Assembly: GCA_963664325.2 (NCBI GenBank)
Contig: CAXXDQ010000004.1
Coordinates: 576,001-640,000 of the forward strand
DNA length: 64,000 nucleotides
Reading direction: 5' to 3'
Source of the DNA: Desulfomonilia bacterium
Lineage (GTDB): Bacteria > Desulfobacterota > Desulfomonilia > UBA1062
In this document: positions 57,710 through 64,000 of the stretch, piece by piece
Layout: each line of letters opens with the position of its first letter
Numbering within the stretch: position 1 is the stretch's first letter
Program-made: the position numbers and the translations under genes
Notes under the pieces: generated by a model
Database searches by the model: none
What the model was told of the DNA's origin: nothing
What the model saw: the letters and a program-made list of their open reading frames with translations, nothing else

Positions 57710-59134
57710 ATGAAACAATCTTATAAATTTAAAAATTTGAGTTTAGTCTTTTTAATGAGTCTGCTGATTTTCTCTTTTTCCGGTTGCAGCAGTAATAGCG
57801 ATAACGATGCGGCATTGCCGAGCAGGACAGGTCTTTTCATCAGTGATATCCATTTCAACCCCTTGATGGATGCGGCAATAGCGAATCAGCTTGCATCGGC
57901 TCCAGCCTGGCAGTGGGACTCTATATTTGCGATATCGGTAATGACCGTATGCGCCACTTACATGCAGGACACCAACTTCGTGCTCCTTAACGCCGCGATT
58001 GCGGCAATGAAGGCGCAGACGCCGAACCCCGACATCATAATAATCAGCGGCGATATGCTGGTTCATTATTTCAAGGATCTGTACGACGCCAGAGTGACAA
58101 ACCCGACTGAGGCCGGATATCTGGCGCTTGTCAATCAGACGGAGCAGTACATCGCGATTAAGCTGACCGAGGCATTCCCGAACGCGCAGATCCTCCCGGT
58201 CCTTGGCGACTGGGATTCCGACATGGGCGTCGTAAGCACGCCTGCTTCAACGGCTTTCCTGCAGTCATTCGCGACGGCCTGGTACTCGGCCGTCAATAAA
58301 AACGGGAGCTCGCCGGACTTCATCAGCTCGTTTTCCGCCGGGGGCTACTACCAGGCCAGAATCCCGATCAGTCGGAATATCAGGCTCCTTGGTCTCTATA
58401 CCGTGCCGTGGGCCCAGGAGTGCACGACAGGATGCTCCGCCATCGGAGACGCCGAGCTTGTCTGGCTGGGCGGGCAGCTTGCAGATGCTCAGCAGAAAGG
58501 AGAAAAGGTCTGGCTCCTTGGCCACATACCGCCGGGAATCGATGCAAACACGACTGCAGACAACATGTCTAAAGGCCAGACCTGCGAGGAGGCGGTCACT
58601 CCTTTCTGGTCGGAAACTTATTCAAGCCAGCTTTACCCGCTGTTCGCTCAGTATAAAGGCACGATCGGCTTCGGCGTGTTCGCGCATGAGCACTATGACG
58701 ATTTCAGAATCGTGAATGATGATTCGGGCGATTTCATCTTCGGAATAAAACTCCCGCCATCGATCACGCCGCTTCACAACAACCCGGCGTTCATAGCGTT
58801 CGATTACGATCCTGGCGAAGGTGTCATTACTGATGCGTCGACCTTCTATCTTTCAAACCTTGCGTCCGATCCGACAGTAGATTCGGCGGTCTGGGAACTC
58901 GAATATTCCTTTGACGGCACGTACGGCCAGGATGCCTTCGATTCGAACGGCTTACTGAATGCCGTGTGCAGGATTGTTGTTCAGCCCGGAGCCCAAAATA
59001 ATTATGTGGACTATTATCCCGTTCTCTATCCGGCAGGCAACATTCTTCCGGAAGGGCTCACTCCATTTATCGGATGGGCGTGCGCACTCAACAAACTGAC
59101 GGTTGCGGACTACACAAGCTGTTCCTGCCAATAG
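57710..59134 (+). CDS. Calcineurin-like metallophosphoesterase, acid-sphingomyelinase-like, lipoprotein
   Basis: FSGC lipobox; SDIH, SGD..VH, LGDWD, GHIPPG, AHEH.D and PSITP..NNP motifs. Confidence 0.85.
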   Translation: MKQSYKFKNLSLVFLMSLLIFSFSGCSSNSDNDAALPSRTGLFISDIHFNPLMDAAIANQLASAPAWQWDSIFAISVMTVCATYMQDTNFVLLNAAIAAMKAQTPNPDIIIISGDMLVHYFKDLYDARVTNPTEAGYLALVNQTEQYIAIKLTEAFPNAQILPVLGDWDSDMGVVSTPASTAFLQSFATAWYSAVNKNGSSPDFISSFSAGGYYQARIPISRNIRLLGLYTVPWAQECTTGCSAIGDAELVWLGGQLADAQQKGEKVWLLGHIPPGIDANTTADNMSKGQTCEEAVTPFWSETYSSQLYPLFAQYKGTIGFGVFAHEHYDDFRIVNDDSGDFIFGIKLPPSITPLHNNPAFIAFDYDPGEGVITDASTFYLSNLASDPTVDSAVWELEYSFDGTYGQDAFDSNGLLNAVCRIVVQPGAQNNYVDYYPVLYPAGNILPEGLTPFIGWACALNKLTVADYTSCSCQ

Positions 59135-59176
59135 AAGCAGGAGAAGATATTGATGGATACCAGGAGGAGGTTAAGA

Positions 59177-62107
59177 ATGTCGGACAGATCGTGGCGGTAT
59201 TACCGGCTGAAGGCAATAATCATCGCAGTGATAGCCTTATCATACACAGCGGTATTCATTGGATGCTCTGAGTCCTCGAATTCCGCTCCATCACCATCAC
59301 CATCGGTTCCGAGCATCCTCGTAAACGGCCGTCAGATCACGCCGGCAGGCGTGACAAGCGGTCCGGTTGGCAATATGCCGCTCAACATAGTTTTAAGTCC
59401 CGACGGCAGATATGCCATCACGACATCCAGCTGCCTGAATGTGTATCTGAGCACGTTGAGGGTTAGCGACGGCGCTGTCATAAGCTCGCTCTCCTTCCCT
59501 GCAGATGATCCGAGCATACCAAACGGCGGACTCTTTTACGGTCTGGTATTCGATCCCACGCCCCATAACGGCGCATACACGCTCTATGCTTCACAGGGAG
59601 CGTTCGGATGCGTTGCCGTGCTGAGTCTTGCAAGTGATGGAACGCTGACGCAGACAGGCAATATCCCCGATCCCGCAAGCCGCCCTAATCCCTATGAACC
59701 CGTTGACCAGCCTGCGGGTATCGCCTTTGCGAACGGGAACATCTTCATGGCAAATTACTTTTCCATCACTCTGGGCGCCCCCTGGCAACCGGCTTCCACG
59801 CTCTCCATTTACCCTGCAAGCGGTAGCGACACAGCGCTTGGAAGATACACTTTCACGGATGCTGCAAACACGAATACCCCGAGTTTCCCCTATGCAGTAG
59901 TCGCAAAATCCGACGGGACAAGGGCCTATGTCGCGAGCCAGCGTGACGGCTGCGTATATATTCTCAATACCGCCAATCCGGGCAGCATTACCCCGGCCTC
60001 GAAAATATCCAACCTCTGCCAGCCATCGGCGCTGCTGCTCAATAAAGCGCAGAACCTTTTGTATATAGCCAATGCCGGAAGCGATACCATTACTGTTGCC
60101 GATGTCAGCAGCAATACGGTCCAGGTAAAGGCCACGGTGCTGCTCAGGCCAAGTAATGTCAGCAATCTCCCGGGCGTTTCTCCTTCGGGCCTTGCGCTTT
60201 CGCCGGACGAGAAAACCCTTTATGCATCGCTGGGAGACTTCAATGCGGTCGGCGTCATCGATACTCAGACGAACCTTTTGAAGGGCTACATACCGGTTGG
60301 CTGGTATCCGACGGCCGTTGCCGCTTCTTCCGACGGTAATGCGCTGCTGGTTACCAACGGATGGGGAACAAAGGCCATGAATCCCAATCCCGGCTTGGAC
60401 TATCTCAATCCCGACGTTGTGGGCATCAATTTTACCCCACCTATCCCGGAATGGCTGTCGCCTCCGGGCCCCGACTATGTTTTGAATTCAATTCCCGGCA
60501 ACGTCTCCCGGATCGATCTGACCCAGGCGATTCCCAATCTTTCTCAATCAACGGCCCAGGTGATCGAGAACAACCAGAACACGGTAGCGATGGGAAGCGC
60601 ATACAATGAAAAGCTGGCTTCCATCGGCATCAGATCGGGCAAGATCAAACACGTTATCTATATCATAAAGGAGAATCGCGGCTACGATCAGGTCCTGGGC
60701 GACCTTCCTCAGGGAAACGGGGACCCGTCGCTGACACTCTACGGCCGCGAGATCACCCCTAATCAGCATGCACTAGCGGAGCGCTTCATCCTCCTCGACA
60801 ACTTCTACAACAACGCGCCTGTCAGCGGCGAAGGCTGGATATGGTGCACTCAAAGCACGGCAAATGCGTATACAATAAAAAGTATCCCATACATATACCA
60901 GCTCTCGCTTGCGACATACCAGATCAATTACACCTTCGAAGGGCAGACGAACGGCTACATCACCGGCGGTTTTCCGGCACAGGATCAGGATGGAAACTGG
61001 CTGTCCTATACCCATCAGGCCGCTCCAAGCATTCCGAACGTCGTCGAGTCGCCCGGCGGATATATCTGGGACGGCGTCAAGGCTGCCGGACTGTCTTACC
61101 GTAACTACGGCTTCCTGCTGTCAGGCGGGGCCTCTTCGGAGCTGGGTGTTGTAACTCCGGATAACTATCCCACGGTGGCCGGTCTTTGCCCTCCGGGACA
61201 TATTCCGACTCCAGAGGGTCAGTTTCCCGGATCAACCGACTATGACTTCCGCAAGTTCGATTTCAACTATGCCGACAGCGACGCCTGGGTGAAGATGGGC
61301 TATGTCGCCACTTCCCTGGGATTGACGACCGGAGGTCCGGACCATCCGGGATACTACTCGTCTCTGAATTCGCCCATAGATCCGCAGCCAAGCCGTTTCA
61401 CCGAGTGGAACCGCGAGTTTCAGACAATGCTGGCAATGGACCCCACCGGCGATACTGTTCCTGCTTTCATGACCGTGCGCTTCGGGCGCGACCATACCAT
61501 GGGGCTGAACCCCGGCAACCAATCTCCCAAGGCAATGATGGCAGACAATGACTACGCTGTGGGCGAGCTGGTGGAAGCTGTGAGCAACAGCCCCATCTGG
61601 ACAAGCACGGTGATCTTCATCATAGAAGATGACGCCCAGTTCAGCCCGGATCATGTCGATACGCATCGCTCATTCTGCCAGGTAATCAGCCCCTGGATCA
61701 AAGAAGGGACAGTGGATTCCCATTTCTACGACACTAACAGCGTGCTCAAAAGCATAGAGCTTCTGCTCGGGTTGTCTCCAATGAGCCAGTACGACCACTT
61801 CGCAAATCCCATCATGGGGGGGTGGGACAGCGCTCCGGACAACGATGACCCATACGCTGCCATCCTCCCGCCGCGGGATATCATCGGCAAGATGAACTCA
61901 GGAGCATCTTCATATGCAGCAGGTGATCCCCGAAGGCGATTGGCTAAGCTATCAACCCAGATGAACTGGAGCGTTGCCGACGCCGTTCCCTACAAGATTC
62001 TCAATGAAATCCTCTGGAAGGATGCAAAGGGCGTAAACTCAAAAGTGCCGGAGCTGCGGGCCAGTTCGATAAATGTTCCCGAAGCCCAGATTGATGACGA
62101 CGATTGA
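59177..62107 (+). CDS. YncE/YVTN beta-propeller + phosphoesterase (alkaline-phosphatase superfamily) lipoprotein
   Basis: FIGC lipobox; GYIPVGWYPT, IKHVIYIIKENRGYDQVLGD, LDNFY, DNDYAVG and EDDAQ..DHVD.HR motifs; AGGAGG RBS. Confidence 0.88.
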   Translation: MSDRSWRYYRLKAIIIAVIALSYTAVFIGCSESSNSAPSPSPSVPSILVNGRQITPAGVTSGPVGNMPLNIVLSPDGRYAITTSSCLNVYLSTLRVSDGAVISSLSFPADDPSIPNGGLFYGLVFDPTPHNGAYTLYASQGAFGCVAVLSLASDGTLTQTGNIPDPASRPNPYEPVDQPAGIAFANGNIFMANYFSITLGAPWQPASTLSIYPASGSDTALGRYTFTDAANTNTPSFPYAVVAKSDGTRAYVASQRDGCVYILNTANPGSITPASKISNLCQPSALLLNKAQNLLYIANAGSDTITVADVSSNTVQVKATVLLRPSNVSNLPGVSPSGLALSPDEKTLYASLGDFNAVGVIDTQTNLLKGYIPVGWYPTAVAASSDGNALLVTNGWGTKAMNPNPGLDYLNPDVVGINFTPPIPEWLSPPGPDYVLNSIPGNVSRIDLTQAIPNLSQSTAQVIENNQNTVAMGSAYNEKLASIGIRSGKIKHVIYIIKENRGYDQVLGDLPQGNGDPSLTLYGREITPNQHALAERFILLDNFYNNAPVSGEGWIWCTQSTANAYTIKSIPYIYQLSLATYQINYTFEGQTNGYITGGFPAQDQDGNWLSYTHQAAPSIPNVVESPGGYIWDGVKAAGLSYRNYGFLLSGGASSELGVVTPDNYPTVAGLCPPGHIPTPEGQFPGSTDYDFRKFDFNYADSDAWVKMGYVATSLGLTTGGPDHPGYYSSLNSPIDPQPSRFTEWNREFQTMLAMDPTGDTVPAFMTVRFGRDHTMGLNPGNQSPKAMMADNDYAVGELVEAVSNSPIWTSTVIFIIEDDAQFSPDHVDTHRSFCQVISPWIKEGTVDSHFYDTNSVLKSIELLLGLSPMSQYDHFANPIMGGWDSAPDNDDPYAAILPPRDIIGKMNSGASSYAAGDPRRRLAKLSTQMNWSVADAVPYKILNEILWKDAKGVNSKVPELRASSINVPEAQIDDDD

Positions 62108-62201
62108 TTTCCTGTGTGAAGCTGATATTTCATTTCTTTTCCAGGCCGGAGCTTGGAAAAGAAATAAGGCAGCTATTTGGTTTTAAATATCAGCCTTCAG
62201 G

Positions 62202-63581
62202 TTAATTATGGAAAACGCAGTCCTGTCGCACGCCGGCATTGATGAAGGCCTTGAACTGGTCATAGGGGCAATCGTAGACGTTTCCGCATGCCGGGATTGA
62301 AAGCTGAATGCGCTGGGGGGGATTTTGCAGTGAAAGCGTTGTGCTGTAGCGCATCTGGTCCAGGGACGCTATCACGTAGAAAAGCCTGACAATGAGCTGT
62401 CCCGTCTCTCTGACCCTGTGGAGTTCAAAGACGAGCGCGCCGGCCGGGCCCGGATCGTTCTGCTGGAAACCATCCGCCTTCCATGTCACGCCGCCCAGAA
62501 ATGCCGCTATGGCCATGAGGTTCTCGTCGTGAGCGACAAACAGCGTGAACTTGCTCTCAGCCGGTGCGAGCATGTCCGGATTCTTCACGCCGGTCAGCGC
62601 CTGATCCATGGTCCCCTCCACCTGATTCATCAGGTTCGTCGAGCCAACCTGAGCATACGACGGGAGGCTGCAGGACAGGCCCATGTTCATCACGTGAAGC
62701 CTGGTCATATCGTACAGGCCGCCCGAAGGAATCGCTCCCCAGCCTACACACGGCGACCCTGGTGTCGCCAAACAGCCTGTCTCGGGCATTCCCTGCGCGT
62801 ATTCAAGTTCAAACGTTTCGGTTACGGTATCTGCAACGTAGAACAGGGTTCCGCTCGCGAACCCTACAGATCCGGACGTCGTTACCGTCGTGGCAAGGTC
62901 CAGCAGCGAGCAGTCTTCCGAGGATCCGCAGGCTGAAGGCTTACAGCACCGGGTAACCTCCTGAAGCATATCAAGCTGGGAGGAGTATGTATTGATAAGC
63001 GAGGCGACGCTGCCGATCCTGGCATTGAACGCTGCAAGGTCCGCCTCGGTATCGATCGAACATATCCCGGCTGCCTGCGTGGCTATGTAGGGGTCAATGG
63101 GTACTGGTCCGTTCCAGTGATTGACCTGAACACCGCAGTCGGAAGATTCTTCGGACTGGAAAAGCCCGTACACATAACCCTGCGCAGTATTCATCGTTCT
63201 TTCTGCGACATCCGCATAGACGAAGACCGTTCCCTGAGCAGGACACGTCCCCCTCGGCGGAAGGAGTCCCTGTGCTGCATAATATTCGCGATACCATACG
63301 CCCAGCAGGCTTGCATTATGGAACCCCACGGATGAGAGATATCCGGGGACAACAGCAGGGGCAGGCCACAACGGGAAACCTTCTGAGCGCAGGGTATACA
63401 TTTCTATATTGTCGGAAGTGGGAGACCTGATCCCATGGCGGCTTATTGCTACCACTGACAGAAGGTCGGTGTCGGGGCCGTTATTTTGAGAAGAAGAGGA
63501 TGAAGAACTGCAGCCTGTTGCCGTCATAAGGGAGCAGTAGAAAATAATTAAACAAAATCCGATGACTGGGGAACGCTTCAT
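62202..63581 (-). CDS. Histidine acid phosphatase/phytase (AppA/Agp-like) lipoprotein
   Basis: ATGC lipobox; SRHGIRSP (RHGxRxP), ERT..TA, AHDEN and GALVFEL motifs. Confidence 0.9.
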   Translation of the reverse strand: MKRSPVIGFCLIIFYCSLMTATGCSSSSSSSQNNGPDTDLLSVVAISRHGIRSPTSDNIEMYTLRSEGFPLWPAPAVVPGYLSSVGFHNASLLGVWYREYYAAQGLLPPRGTCPAQGTVFVYADVAERTMNTAQGYVYGLFQSEESSDCGVQVNHWNGPVPIDPYIATQAAGICSIDTEADLAAFNARIGSVASLINTYSSQLDMLQEVTRCCKPSACGSSEDCSLLDLATTVTTSGSVGFASGTLFYVADTVTETFELEYAQGMPETGCLATPGSPCVGWGAIPSGGLYDMTRLHVMNMGLSCSLPSYAQVGSTNLMNQVEGTMDQALTGVKNPDMLAPAESKFTLFVAHDENLMAIAAFLGGVTWKADGFQQNDPGPAGALVFELHRVRETGQLIVRLFYVIASLDQMRYSTTLSLQNPPQRIQLSIPACGNVYDCPYDQFKAFINAGVRQDCVFHN

Positions 63582-63720
63582 GGAAGCTCCTTTCAATGTT
63601 CTTTCAACGCAACAGTAAAAATAGAAACCATATCTTAAAATCAGTGCCTGGAACTGCAAGCCCCAATCCCTGATTGAGGCATTTTCCGCAAGTATGTCAG
63701 GGTCATTGTTGTTATTCAGA

Positions 63721-63748
63721 TATTCGGCATTTTTTTAAAGCTACTTGA
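63721..63748 (-). promoter_or_regulatory. Sigma28-like promoter
   Basis: TCAA-N16-GCCGAATA upstream of 63581. Confidence 0.45.
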
Positions 63749-63858
63749 GGATCGAGGGATCAGGAATACTCGGAGTGTCCATTAAAATATGACTTTCCTG
63801 TTTTAAAAGACACCTTCAGGCAGGGGAGAGCTTCTGGTAATCAGGTTACATTTTCATC

Positions 63859-64000
63859 TCATTGTTTTTCCATTTTCTCCGCGCGGTTTTTCAGCAGTTC
63901 ATTCAGAGCCGCCTCATCCTTTGGGAAAGTAAGTGTCATGAACAGTATGATAATGCCGCAGAGAAGCCAGAAGCAATTGGCGATGTTGAATGCCCAGACC
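63859..64000 (-). CDS. C-terminus of a membrane protein, probably MFS transporter (truncated by window)
   Basis: Own translation: VWAFNIANCFWLLCGIIILFMTLTFPKDEAALNELLKNRAEKMEKQ*. Confidence 0.6.
   Translation of the reverse strand, partial: VWAFNIANCFWLLCGIIILFMTLTFPKDEAALNELLKNRAEKMEKQ

Overview
Bacterial chromosome segment; gene content suggests an anaerobic Desulfobacterota (deltaproteobacterial) lineage, which is an inference. Bases 1-6202 hold a housekeeping run (folP with a one-base frameshift, acpS, nnr, tsaE, lysC, cimA). tRNA-Lys(UUU) and tRNA-Glu(UUC) follow. An 8,001-bp integrative element sits in the 3' half of tRNA-Glu, bounded by 48-bp direct repeats. It encodes a tyrosine integrase, a degenerate S24 domain, HigBA, an AlpA-like protein, Cys-rich proteins and a TOPRIM/DUF3987 primase-helicase. 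It also carries an iteron origin, a C4-like RNA structure and a sequence resembling phage lambda cosQ-cosN with a nearby IHF box, but no virion genes, so it is a candidate PICI-like phage satellite and the top finding. The rest contains rnpB, folD-gcvT-gcvH-gcvPA-gcvPB, gcvR-like/fhs, an ECF sigma/anti-sigma pair, an acyl-CoA dehydrogenase, panB, a sugar-acid catabolic cluster and an (R)-amine-transaminase-like enzyme. It also has a Cro-like/GAF-PAS divergon, many exported or lipoprotein hydrolases (several behind sigma28-like motifs) and three adjacent lipoprotein phosphoesterases. No CRISPR array or rRNA was seen.
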